A stretch of 42,188 bases of DNA. It comes from a virus. The stretch's first letter is position 1; each line of letters starts with the position of its first letter. The notes under the pieces were generated by a model. That model did no database searches. It had not been told where the DNA came from and was given only the letters and a program-made list of their open reading frames with translations. The stretch covers positions 1 through 42,188 of the IMG/VR virus record IMGVR_UViG_3300033489_000136; one strand, 5' to 3'. The translations under genes were made by a program, and so were the position numbers. Shown piece by piece: positions 18,046 to 27,023 of this stretch.

Positions 18046-19746
18046 TCACTCCCAACGGAACGTACTTTTCATCTCAAACGGAACTCTGAAGCCTGGGAAA
18101 ATATGCTCTAACTCATCCTTTGGCACTCTATCTAATACATCTCCATCCCATGTAAATGAGTCATGTACTGTAATAACTAACGGCTCTTTATCATTAGGTC
18201 CTAGCCTTCTGTTATTGCAAAGTATGAGTGCTCTCTTACATACTTCTCCGTCACTTCCCAAAATAGGATAATTCACTGCTTTCCTTTTCATCTCGTTGAC
18301 TGATTCCTCTGGCAACCGTATGCGTCTTCCGAACAATGTAGGTAATGCCCACCCGTCTCGGAGTCCTTCTCTCTGTGCATGGATAATCCAGTCCGCTGCT
18401 CCTCTATAAGCTCTGAACCAGCCTTCTAGCAAGTCCTCACATCTTCGTCTGTCCTGCGTCTTTAACTGCTCCATCAGTGTTTCAGCCGTAGCTCCATACA
18501 GGACTGCGAAGTTACATACCTTAGCCAGCTTTCGGGGTACTCTCATCAGGTCAGCAGTGTGTTGGTGGATGTCTGCCTTCTGCGGGTCAGGATTGTAGAG
18601 AACATCTAGCATCGTCTTGTCTTGAGACATGGAGGCGAGAATGTAGAGGTGTTCACGGCTGAAGTCGCCGCTGGTAAATACTCCGTTATCTGGTATAAGC
18701 ATAAACCTTGCACCTGGGTCACCTGTATCCTTATCTGCACCTGGGATATTCTGGATATTCCTGTTGCGACTATTGAGTCGTCCTACATCAGTGTCTGGGT
18801 AGTACTCTGTATAAAAACGGTCTTCACCTTTTAATGGAATAAGATAGGTGTTCAAAAACTTGCTATTCTTCCTGTATCCAATTACTCCAGCAGCCAGAGG
18901 GTCGTCAAGGAACTCTAAATCCTTTTCACGAGTACGCAGTTGTCTTTTCGATTTTGTAAACTTAAGGAAGCTGCCACGCTTAGCAAGGGTATAGCCGACT
19001 TGCTGTGAACTGCCAGGATTGCTAATTCCATAGCCTTGAACTATTCTTCGGTACATCTCTACCTTCTGTGCATACTTATCCTCTAGCTCCTGCCTAGCCT
19101 GCTGGTCTATGGCAATTCCGTGCATAGACATATCTTTGAGGATTGGAACGACTGCCATTTCCACTTTGAAATACTCGCCGTACCTGTCATATATCTTTTG
19201 TTTCCATTCGAGGTAGAGCGTGTAGGTAGCCTTTACATCAGCAGCGCAGTGGTCTGCTAATAACATAGGATTCTTCTTTATGAGTTGTATGTTATCAGTA
19301 CAGCCATTCTCCTTCATTATCTCACCCATGCCTACAGTATGGCAGTTAAACTCGGCAGCGAGAATAGGTAAGGATGTTTCTCGGTAGCCTAGTAGCCTTG
19401 CTGCAACGTTGGTGTCGAATATGTTAGCTCTGTCAAGTGATTCACCGATAACTGGAATGAGGGGAAAGACTCCCATATCAAAGACCCAATTATGGGCAAT
19501 CTTTACAATGCGTACATCACTGACAAACTTCCTCAATGCCTCGAGAGCTTTAACATTTGGTTCTGGGTACAGGCTAAAGTAGAAGCTCTCCTGCGGACTG
19601 AACGCTATGCCTATGCCAACTGGATGTCTCTCATCTAGACTAATGGTTTCAATGTCTAGTGCAACTGCTGATGGGCGATTCTGCTCCCAGTATATCCAGC
19701 GGTCATCAGCCTTAGCATCTGGGAAGCCATAGTAGAACACACTCAT
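18046..19746 (-). CDS. Family A DNA polymerase with 3'-5' exonuclease domain
   Basis: Exo motifs are LDIETISL, HNWVFDMGV and HCAADVKATY. Pol motif A-like is SGDFSREHLYILA. Motif B is KLAKVCNFAVLYGAT. Motif C is VITVHDSF. Confidence 0.85.
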   Translation of the reverse strand: MSVFYYGFPDAKADDRWIYWEQNRPSAVALDIETISLDERHPVGIGIAFSPQESFYFSLYPEPNVKALEALRKFVSDVRIVKIAHNWVFDMGVFPLIPVIGESLDRANIFDTNVAARLLGYRETSLPILAAEFNCHTVGMGEIMKENGCTDNIQLIKKNPMLLADHCAADVKATYTLYLEWKQKIYDRYGEYFKVEMAVVPILKDMSMHGIAIDQQARQELEDKYAQKVEMYRRIVQGYGISNPGSSQQVGYTLAKRGSFLKFTKSKRQLRTREKDLEFLDDPLAAGVIGYRKNSKFLNTYLIPLKGEDRFYTEYYPDTDVGRLNSRNRNIQNIPGADKDTGDPGARFMLIPDNGVFTSGDFSREHLYILASMSQDKTMLDVLYNPDPQKADIHQHTADLMRVPRKLAKVCNFAVLYGATAETLMEQLKTQDRRRCEDLLEGWFRAYRGAADWIIHAQREGLRDGWALPTLFGRRIRLPEESVNEMKRKAVNYPILGSDGEVCKRALILCNNRRLGPNDKEPLVITVHDSFTWDGDVLDRVPKDELEHIFPGFRVPFEMKSTFRWE

Positions 19747-19753
19747 TATTTCC

Positions 19754-20146
19754 TCACAATACTGTATTAACTAGCATACCGTCAATATTCTCTATGATTC
19801 TTTTTATTCCAGCAGTCTTCATCACTTGTAAGCAGTTGTGGCAGGCTTCTGGTCTTTCCAGTCCATATATATAAACATCTGCTCCATGAACTGAAATACC
19901 AAACTTTGCAGCCTGACATACTGCATTGACTTCTGCATGAATGGCTCTTTGACAGTGGTTTGACTCTATTAAGCATCCAGCCTCTATGCAGTGCGATTCT
20001 CCAGAGGGTGCTCCGTTATACCCTGTAGATATAATCCGATTATCCTTTACAATTACTGCTCCGACTGATGCTCTTGAACAGGTTGCTCTTGTTGATACAT
20101 CCTTGGCAATCTGCATGAAGTAATGTTCCCAATCTGGTCTTTCCAT
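19754..20146 (-). CDS. dCMP (deoxycytidylate) deaminase
   Basis: Zinc-binding motifs HAEVNA and PEACHNC are present, with an N-terminus RPDWEHYFMQIAKDVS typical of the family. ATG 20146 follows AAGGAG. The track start at 20176 is a TTG. Confidence 0.8.
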   Translation of the reverse strand: MERPDWEHYFMQIAKDVSTRATCSRASVGAVIVKDNRIISTGYNGAPSGESHCIEAGCLIESNHCQRAIHAEVNAVCQAAKFGISVHGADVYIYGLERPEACHNCLQVMKTAGIKRIIENIDGMLVNTVL

Positions 20147-20199
20147 TTTGTCTCCTTCCGAAATTTCAATTTTCAAAAATAGGTCACAGTAGCATTAAG

Positions 20200-21060
20200 C
20201 TATCTTGAGAATATGGCATCCTTTGTAGGTACTACTGGATGGTTAGGAAATGTGTTGTTAGGTTTGCGGAGTACAATAATGTCCTCATCTGAAACTACCT
20301 CCCATCCTCTAGCCTTATAAATATGTGTGTAAACTGAACCTGGAGCATCCCATTTGAACCATTCTGCTTTATCCTGTGTGAAGCCTACTCTAATACAAGC
20401 ATCAACTGCCGACTGGCTGAGACCTACCCGCTGCCTTTTCTCCATATGGTCTTTCGTGATGATAGTCATACTGCCTCCTGGCTTAAGGCTATTGAAGCAC
20501 TTGGCATAGACCTCTTCCATCTTCTGCGACCACATCCAGTCATTCAGCAGTCCAAGATTCAAATTCGATGTGAACGTATATTCTGCCATTTTATAATCTG
20601 TCTTTTCTAATGTCAGCTTGTCTGTACCTTTGGACTTCATTATCGAAGCGTAAGGCGGAGAAAAGATTATGTGGTCGAAGGTTTCAGGTATGGGCAGGAT
20701 AAGCTGTAAAGGCTTATTAACTAGCTGGATATGCTCCGATACTCCAGGAGCAATCTGCTCAAGCCTTTCGACTGCTATCTGCTGGAGTTTGTGATATTCA
20801 GGAGATATCTCTATTAGCATGACATCTCTGCTAATCAAAGCAGCTATCATTAGAGTTCCTGTGCCCCCGAAAGGGTCAAGGATGTAGTCTCCAGGTTTGC
20901 TGACATACTCCACGCAGGCTTGGATAAGAAAGCAGTTAGCCTTTGCCTGATGCTGGTTTACTTCAACTGGAAACATTTCCTTGCGGTAGGTTGCATCGGA
21001 TGGGAATAGTATCCAGCCGTTCTCATTTCTGGAGTATTCTGGTGCAAACTGCTTTTCCAT
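20200..21060 (-). CDS. SAM-dependent methyltransferase with [S/D/N]PPY motif (DNA N6-A/N4-C type, RNA target not excluded)
   Basis: Motif I is ILDPFGGTGTL, followed by the acidic motif LIEISPEY, then motif IV IIFSPPYAS. Confidence 0.75.
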   Translation of the reverse strand: MEKQFAPEYSRNENGWILFPSDATYRKEMFPVEVNQHQAKANCFLIQACVEYVSKPGDYILDPFGGTGTLMIAALISRDVMLIEISPEYHKLQQIAVERLEQIAPGVSEHIQLVNKPLQLILPIPETFDHIIFSPPYASIMKSKGTDKLTLEKTDYKMAEYTFTSNLNLGLLNDWMWSQKMEEVYAKCFNSLKPGGSMTIITKDHMEKRQRVGLSQSAVDACIRVGFTQDKAEWFKWDAPGSVYTHIYKARGWEVVSDEDIIVLRKPNNTFPNHPVVPTKDAIFSR

Positions 21061-21178
21061 TATCTATATCCTTTCTTGCTCTTTCTATGCATTCTATACA
21101 GTCCTGCATTGTGTATGTAAAAGTATCTGGCATATACTTACTATATAGGCACTTATAGCACTTAGGCTTTTTAGCCAT
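21023..21178 (-). CDS. Small CxxC...CxxC zinc-ribbon protein (51 aa, putative)
   Basis: MAKKPKCYKC...QDCIECIERARK. The ATG 21178 overlaps the stop of the upstream HNH gene (ATGGCTAA), with GGAG upstream. The 3' end overlaps the methyltransferase start by 38 nt. Confidence 0.35.
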   Translation of the reverse strand: MAKKPKCYKCLYSKYMPDTFTYTMQDCIECIERARKDIDNGKAVCTRILQK

Positions 21179-21626
21179 ACAGCAATCTCCAGAATGTGTC
21201 TTGCAGGTTGAAGTCCTTAACCCACTGGTCGTAACTTCCATGCATCCATATCTCCAACTGCACATCATCATTGAGCACAGGGTACTTGCCTCTCCAGTTC
21301 TCATCTAGACCACCGAATAGTTCGTTATGTTCTTCGTGGTGATGAGTTCCGCATAGTATAATCCTGCTCTGCATCATTCCCCAACCATTGTGGTCTTCTC
21401 CAAAAGGCTCATGGAAGTAGAGGTTATCAACTGCTCCACAGATGTTTCCTTCTATATCTCGATAGATGCACATACCTCCGCAGTCAATCCACACCTGCCT
21501 CCAGTTGCCATGCTTGAAGGTTCTCTTAGCCATGCGGTTGAAGAACAACTTGCGGTAACGAAACTGCTCAGGTGTGAATACCTGCACGTTACCGTGAGCC
21601 TTTGGAAACACTATATTCAAGGTCAT
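21171..21626 (-). CDS. HNH-family endonuclease (putative)
   Basis: 151 aa with a Cys/His-rich core: CGGMCIY..GNICG...FHEPFGEDHN...ILCGTHHHEEHN. Confidence 0.5.
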   Translation of the reverse strand: MTLNIVFPKAHGNVQVFTPEQFRYRKLFFNRMAKRTFKHGNWRQVWIDCGGMCIYRDIEGNICGAVDNLYFHEPFGEDHNGWGMMQSRIILCGTHHHEEHNELFGGLDENWRGKYPVLNDDVQLEIWMHGSYDQWVKDFNLQDTFWRLLYG

Positions 21627-22438
21627 ATTGTCCTCCCTAAGGCTTTTAGTAACTTCCTTGCCGTAGCTATTCCCATATTCTCCACAGATGCTACCTGTTC
21701 TGGACTTGCCATAGCTATGTCCATTAGATTGATGTACTCCTTAGCCAGTGCCTTAGCTCGCTTCTCGCCAACTCCAATCTTATACGCATCGGATAAGAAT
21801 ATCAGTGACTTCATCAGCCTGTACTCATTCCGTTCGTCACTACTCATCCTTGTCTCATCCATAACTGATGCTCTAGGTACTATTACCCTCTGCAAAGTCT
21901 TATGGTTCTCGGGTGGCTTCTGCTCATTCTTGTACTCAATCACTAACCTCCGAGCAGTCTCGCACCAGTTAATAGTATATATGGTCGGTACTCCGCACAT
22001 TATGAGCCTGTGTTCCCAAGCATACAGAATGGAGGAACTAATGGTACTGAAACTGTGTCCATGCTCTATATGTCCGTTAGGCTGGACGGGGTAGCAGTAT
22101 AGCTTCTGCCCTAACTCCCTGATTGAGGCTGGCTTCATCTTGGAGAAGTCCTTAATATCTATCCCTTTGATAGGCAGAGGCGAAATCCATCCTTCCACAA
22201 TCTGAAAGTTATAGTCTGCCTGATTGTAGTAATCAGCTATCTGCCTTTCCGCTTCATCAATATCTCCGACCAGTTCTGCCGCCTGCTTACGACTATACTG
22301 GAATGTCTTGCCCTCATAGTTCTGGAATAGGTAGTCGCTCTTATGCAGTCTGTTCAAAGGATGAAATACAGCAGGAACAGACTGCTTAATTAGCTTTAGC
22401 AACTCTGGAGGCTCATGCTCATCAACTAAGATGGTCAT
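21623..22438 (-). CDS. ERCC4/XPF-Mus81-like nuclease domain protein with C-terminal helix-hairpin-helix
   Basis: ILVDEHE, SDYLF and YSRKQAAELVGDI parallel the ERCC4 signature (V/I)DxRE, GDY, ERKxxxDLxxS. The C-terminus ASPEQVASVENMGIATARKLLKALG is HhH-like. Confidence 0.5.
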   Translation of the reverse strand: MTILVDEHEPPELLKLIKQSVPAVFHPLNRLHKSDYLFQNYEGKTFQYSRKQAAELVGDIDEAERQIADYYNQADYNFQIVEGWISPLPIKGIDIKDFSKMKPASIRELGQKLYCYPVQPNGHIEHGHSFSTISSSILYAWEHRLIMCGVPTIYTINWCETARRLVIEYKNEQKPPENHKTLQRVIVPRASVMDETRMSSDERNEYRLMKSLIFLSDAYKIGVGEKRAKALAKEYINLMDIAMASPEQVASVENMGIATARKLLKALGRTI

Positions 22439-22440
22439 TA

Positions 22441-23028
22441 CTATCCTCCAGTCTTCTTGCTCTTAGCTCTCTTGACTATCTCCTCATCAGGCTTCTCGGC
22501 AGCTTCCTCATCTGCTCCAATGTCCTTCTCTCTCCTCATGGCATTACGGACTATCTTTGAGGCAGAAGCATCTGGACTCGCACCGTAGTCCGTAGCCTGT
22601 CCTGGAGGAATTGCTCCACCTGGAGGCTCTTTGGCAATTCTTTCCTTTAGCTTATTTGCATTGAAGGCAGCTTTGGCAGGTGATACTATTTTAGCTTCTG
22701 CCTCTACTTTGCTTATTGTATCCTTTGTCTGGTCATAAACCTTTTCCTTTTCATCTGCTGCTGCCTCTGATGCCTCCGATGGTAGAGGAATATTACTAGC
22801 ATCTTCAGCAATCTCTACTGCCACTGGAGAATTATCAGGTATGTACTCAATGGGAATAAACTTTCCTTTGATAAAAGGATGTGGTACTGACCTGAACATA
22901 GGGAAGATAATTCGGTCAGGTTCCTGATTCTTCGTCTGGTATAGGTAGAGTCTGGCGTAGGCTCCAAGAACATACTCTATGTCTCGTCTTTCGATGTCTA
23001 ATATCTTTTCCTTTTCGTTAATTCTCAT
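22441..23028 (-). CDS. Hypothetical protein (folded N-terminal domain plus low-complexity acidic/Ala-rich tail)
   Basis: 195 aa ORF in the replication operon, tightly packed. Confidence 0.5.
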   Translation of the reverse strand: MRINEKEKILDIERRDIEYVLGAYARLYLYQTKNQEPDRIIFPMFRSVPHPFIKGKFIPIEYIPDNSPVAVEIAEDASNIPLPSEASEAAADEKEKVYDQTKDTISKVEAEAKIVSPAKAAFNANKLKERIAKEPPGGAIPPGQATDYGASPDASASKIVRNAMRREKDIGADEEAAEKPDEEIVKRAKSKKTGG

Positions 23029-23037
23029 TATTCTCCT

Positions 23038-23550
23038 TTACTTTAGTATATTTCCTGCAAGGTTCTCCTTGCGAGGAATCCATTGAAATTTGACATCTAC
23101 ATTCTGGCACATCTGCCATACTTGCATTGCTAACTTCCTTAGCCTATCACTGCCGATGTGGTACTGACGACTTAGCTGCTTGACTACAACTTCATTATCC
23201 GAGCAAACCATGACAGGAGGAGGCAGAGGTCTTTTGGTATAGGCAGAAGGATTCATAACATTATCTACAATGTTCTTGGTCTCTGGGTCGAGGTCGCTGA
23301 ACCGACTGTCAAGCTCTTTGTTCCACTTGAGGAAGTACTCATTCAGTCCATACATGATAGCCAGATACTCTGCCTCCATTGAAGTTGCAGGAGTCTGAAG
23401 GCTCTGGTATCCACTACCTCCATACTCCAAGTAGTATGCTACCATGTTAGGATTAGCATCGCAGAAGAGCTTAGGCATAGCCGAGTTCTCCATCAAAGTG
23501 ACCATCCTGTTCATGGTCGTCAGGTGAAGGCTGAGTTGCGCACTCTTCAC
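23038..23550 (-). CDS. RNase H-like protein (RNase HI/RVT_3-type)
   Basis: FCDA..., SMEAEYLAIMYGL, VCSDNEVVVKQL and WIPRKENLAGNILK match the RNase H D-E-D layout. The start is uncertain: the track start is GTG, and the internal ATG at MPKLF is also plausible. Confidence 0.55.
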   Translation of the reverse strand: MKSAQLSLHLTTMNRMVTLMENSAMPKLFCDANPNMVAYYLEYGGSGYQSLQTPATSMEAEYLAIMYGLNEYFLKWNKELDSRFSDLDPETKNIVDNVMNPSAYTKRPLPPPVMVCSDNEVVVKQLSRQYHIGSDRLRKLAMQVWQMCQNVDVKFQWIPRKENLAGNILK

Positions 23551-23604
23551 ATTTTATTCCTTGCTCCAGACACCATGACTCTAAGCCAAACTTGCAGTGT
23601 TCCA

Positions 23605-24558
23605 TTATTCTTCTCCTCTCATCATATTCCGCAGTCCTATGATTCCGTCAAAACTAGCGGATATTTCCTTTCCGACTGCATCCAGCCCCATGCCTTCTAT
23701 TCCACACTTAGTAATGGTAGCAACTGGAGTCTTGACTGAAACCATCTTCTTCAACTTGCTATCCATGACTGATGATTCCTTAACTCGTGTCCATATTATT
23801 AGGTCGCACAACTTGGCAGTATGCTTGAAACCATCTATGACTAGTTTGCCTGTCTTGCCTTCAACCATTCCGCCTTTGCCATCTGATACTACACCGTACT
23901 CATCAGTAGGGTAGTGAGTCAGGACAAGATTCTTCCTGAATGAACGGCAGGTCTGAAGCAAGGTAGTCATTCTGTCATTAGGCTGACCATACTCAATAGG
24001 TTGTAGGCGCTCCCGATACTCATTCTCATCAAATGGAATCTTAGAGGTCTTGGAGTCTGACCGCCACTTATACTCCTGAATCTCCTGCAACTCCTGCAAC
24101 CTTGCATTATGGTCTATATTCCAGAGCATTGTTGCGGAGTCGAACATGATTGTGCAGATTTCCTTCTTCTGGCATACTAGCACGAAGTCGGCTATGACTG
24201 ACTGCCAAAGCTCCTTCATACCTTCAACCTTCTTCGGTTGCTGAATTGTTCTGATGGATGCAGTCTTTCCAGTTAGCTGCCCCATTAGTTTGTTCACTTG
24301 CAGAGGCTTCGGGTAAGGTTTAGTAATTACATCATACTTGCTAAAGTCTAGCTGGCTGACATCCTCGTCCTTATCTGCTCGGTAGATTCTTATCTTCGGG
24401 TCATCTTGCTTGAGCCTCCACGCAGCCCTGTCAAAGCCTCCTACATCAATGTCAAAGTGGAATAAAGGTTTAGGGAATGAGAGTCCTGCTGTTGTCTTGC
24501 AACTACCTTCATCTCCGACAATAGCAGAAACTCCAATATATTCGAACTCTATTCCCAT
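23605..24558 (-). CDS. AAA_24/Sak4-like RecA-superfamily ATPase
   Basis: Walker A-like GDEGSCKTT near the N-terminus, followed by FPKPLFHFDIDVGG. It is adjacent to the Cas4-like nuclease, as is typical for this module. Confidence 0.6.
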   Translation of the reverse strand: MGIEFEYIGVSAIVGDEGSCKTTAGLSFPKPLFHFDIDVGGFDRAAWRLKQDDPKIRIYRADKDEDVSQLDFSKYDVITKPYPKPLQVNKLMGQLTGKTASIRTIQQPKKVEGMKELWQSVIADFVLVCQKKEICTIMFDSATMLWNIDHNARLQELQEIQEYKWRSDSKTSKIPFDENEYRERLQPIEYGQPNDRMTTLLQTCRSFRKNLVLTHYPTDEYGVVSDGKGGMVEGKTGKLVIDGFKHTAKLCDLIIWTRVKESSVMDSKLKKMVSVKTPVATITKCGIEGMGLDAVGKEISASFDGIIGLRNMMRGEE

Positions 24559-26090
24559 AGTTTTTCAACCTCCTGTATACTTTCCTTCATCGGATTAGGC
24601 AGATGCATAGCCAGAATTATCTGCTCGCACATCATCTTGTATCTGCAATACTTACACTCCCAGTCATAGCAATGCTGGAAAGGATACGGTGAAACTCCTG
24701 AACTTAATGAGGCATCCAGTATCTGCTTGTGCTGCAAAATATCCAACCAGTTAGAATCTATTTCTTCCTGTGTAAAGATAAATGTATCACAGTAGATTTG
24801 GGGAAATGGAGGAGAATTGTGTGACACTAATCCTTCTGCTATCAGCGTCTTAGTTGTAGTCTCAATAGCAACTACATCAGACGTTCCAATATCTTCAATA
24901 GCTTCGACCTGTAATGTCGAGTTGTGCATTGGGAGTGCCAAGCCGTCAAGGTTTAGTTTGTTAAGTAGTCTCACTGGTCTAAATATTCCAAGTATGTGCA
25001 GAGCATCCTGCATATCGTGGGTTCTATATGATATAGTTCCGCCACTTGTAGGTGAAGGAGTTAGATAAAAGCCATGTTCATCCATTATTCTTCTAAACTG
25101 AACTCCCATTATATTATCCTTCTGGCTGAACCCAACTCTTAAACCATGCCCTACTTCTAAGTGCCCTTCCCCATCTAGTGCTGCTGCAATATAGCCTGAA
25201 TCGTAGCTAGACTCATGCTCCCATACTTCGGAAAGTTTTCGTATTCTGCTGCCTATTTTGAGTTGCTTAGTGGCTGTCCATTCTGGTGATGTATTTCTTC
25301 CTGGAGTATTCATTTGTTCTAACCATAGGTGTTCAGAACTGCATACAATATGAGTTCCGTTTGATAGCCATAACCTGTATGATGGTAGAGTTCTTGTGCC
25401 AGTAGACATTACTGTAGCATTTCTCAACTTGCGTCTGGCACCTCTAGCACCTACCGTAGGATACTCATCAACTCCGACTACCTTATCACCAACTCTAAGA
25501 TTAGCAATATCTGTCCATGTTAGGTCTGGTCTAAGGATATTAGTTCCTGGGGATAAACAGTAGTTTCCCATCATGTAGAGCACTGCAAGGTCATACTTAT
25601 CTGTGCCAGTTATCTTGCAGCCTCCTTTCATATACGCAAGCCAAGTGAGAGGAATAGACTCGTCTATGTAATGTTGCTTGGCAGACCTTCGTGTTGTCTT
25701 GAGTTCAATCAATCTGCCCATATCCGCTACACTAGCTTCAAGTCTCATGTCTGGGCGGTAGATAACTCCATCGTACTGGTATACCTCTGCCTTAGCATCC
25801 TTCGGTGTCAGTACATCTTGCAGTCCATAACCTAAAGCAAACAACATCACTTCCTCATCGGTAGGTTCTATTGCTTGCTTCTGGTCAAAGAATGTCCTTG
25901 TCCTGCATCCGATGTAGCTAGACAAATGATTCGGTTCTCTAATTTCCTTTATCTTATACTGGTCTGCAAGATGGTTCAGTAGCTTACGTTGCAATTCTGG
26001 GTTATCATGCCTTTCCATATTTAACTCACTTGTTTCCAGAGGAGGAAGCATCTTGAAGGAGGTCGGTATCCAACTTGGTGCTTCCTCCAT
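24549..26090 (-). CDS. Cas4-like PD-(D/E)XK exonuclease (Cys4 cluster type), intein-containing
   Basis: N-terminal Cys (SYIGCRTRTF). D...ELK core (RPDMRL...GRLIELKTT). C-terminal CYDWECKYCRYKMMC. It is interrupted by a 248-aa intein. Confidence 0.7.
   Translation of the reverse strand: MEEAPSWIPTSFKMLPPLETSELNMERHDNPELQRKLLNHLADQYKIKEIREPNHLSSYIGCRTRTFFDQKQAIEPTDEEVMLFALGYGLQDVLTPKDAKAEVYQYDGVIYRPDMRLEASVADMGRLIELKTTRRSAKQHYIDESIPLTWLAYMKGGCKITGTDKYDLAVLYMMGNYCLSPGTNILRPDLTWTDIANLRVGDKVVGVDEYPTVGARGARRKLRNATVMSTGTRTLPSYRLWLSNGTHIVCSSEHLWLEQMNTPGRNTSPEWTATKQLKIGSRIRKLSEVWEHESSYDSGYIAAALDGEGHLEVGHGLRVGFSQKDNIMGVQFRRIMDEHGFYLTPSPTSGGTISYRTHDMQDALHILGIFRPVRLLNKLNLDGLALPMHNSTLQVEAIEDIGTSDVVAIETTTKTLIAEGLVSHNSPPFPQIYCDTFIFTQEEIDSNWLDILQHKQILDASLSSGVSPYPFQHCYDWECKYCRYKMMCEQIILAMHLPNPMKESIQEVEKLWE
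24816..25559 (-). mobile_element. Intein (248 aa) with a single clear LAGLIDADG motif, inserted in the Cas4-like nuclease
   Basis: ..MMGNY/CLSPGTNIL starts with Cys. Block B variant is IVCSSEHLW. LAGLIDADG-like motif is SGYIAAALDGEGH. Block F-like is DVVAIETTTKTLIAEG. It ends LVSHN with +1 Ser (SPPFPQ). Confidence 0.85.
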
Positions 26091-26100
26091 ACCTGGCTAC

Positions 26101-26862
26101 TTAAGCTACCTTGTGATAAATACCACTCTTGTCCTTGCTGAACTGCTTACTTGCTACCATTGATGTAGCAAAGTTCTTGGGTGAACTCGCAGGTAGTCCG
26201 ATGGAGGTGAACAGGGTAGTGTCGGACTTGATAATCTCCGACTCCATCGCAGTAGCGTTGAACTGTGGTAGTGTCTTGCCATCTAGCAGTTCCATAGCTG
26301 CATCGAGAGGAGATACTCCCTTTCCTCCTGCACTGCCAAAGCCTTCAACCGAGAAACATTCCCATGTTGAAGTAGGTACATCTTGACCTTTTGGATGTGT
26401 CTCGTCCTTCGCTCTCCCATCCCACAACTCGTGCATAGGCGGGCGACCTTCTTCTCCGTCTGCCATAACCATACCCACTCTTTTACCGATACAGTCAGAC
26501 AGGTCAGGTCGGTCAGAAGGCTTAATGTATTCAGGACTTGTAGGGTCTTTCTGAGCATCGGTGAGAGACTGGTCGAGAATACTGGCGAGGCTAACTCCAA
26601 ACACACCGTATCTGGATTTCTTGCGGTTTGATATAGTCAGGGTGATAGTGTATATGGGGAAGTTGTAAGGCTCCACTGACTCAACGACTTCCAGGTCCTT
26701 GAAGTTGAGACTTAGGGATACAGATGTTCGTTCGGTTGCAGTACCCTCGTCATACTTCTTAGTCTCCTGTGGACATGAGTCAAGGACTCCGTAGAACCTG
26801 CGTAAAGGACCGATGTCGCTGTCTATTAAACCTCTAATGCTTGGAATTTTTTCGTCTGTCAT
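26101..26862 (-). CDS. Hypothetical protein; possible ssDNA-binding partner of the Sak4/Cas4-like module (by position only)
   Basis: ATG 26862 follows GGAGGAAAGAAAC. The track start at 26880 is 6 codons upstream. Confidence 0.5.
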   Translation of the reverse strand: MTDEKIPSIRGLIDSDIGPLRRFYGVLDSCPQETKKYDEGTATERTSVSLSLNFKDLEVVESVEPYNFPIYTITLTISNRKKSRYGVFGVSLASILDQSLTDAQKDPTSPEYIKPSDRPDLSDCIGKRVGMVMADGEEGRPPMHELWDGRAKDETHPKGQDVPTSTWECFSVEGFGSAGGKGVSPLDAAMELLDGKTLPQFNATAMESEIIKSDTTLFTSIGLPASSPKNFATSMVASKQFSKDKSGIYHKVA

Positions 26863-26953
26863 GTTTCTTTCCTCCGTCATTTATTATTATCATTACTACT
26901 ATTGGAACTACTACTAAGGAGATGATGCCGACTGTAACTACTACATTCTCAAT
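26834..26953 (-). CDS. Candidate 39-aa membrane peptide with non-canonical ATT start
   Basis: AAGGAGG, 5 nt, then ATT GAG AAT... encodes (M)ENVVVTVGIISLVVVPIVVMIIINDGGKKHDRRKNSKH. No ATG/GTG/TTG lies between the upstream in-frame TGA and the hydrophobic segment. Confidence 0.25.
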   Translation of the reverse strand: MENVVVTVGIISLVVVPIVVMIIINDGGKKHDRRKNSKH

Positions 26954-26993
26954 TACGACCTCCTTCGGTTTGAATTTCTTAGCTCACTATTAT

Positions 26994-27023
26994 ATTATAT
27001 CATACAGATAGCTAAGTTGTCAA
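26994..27023 (-). promoter_or_regulatory. sigma70-type promoter (minus strand)
   Basis: Minus strand reads TTGACA (27023-27018), 18 nt, TGaTATAAT (hexamer 26999-26994). Confidence 0.6.
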
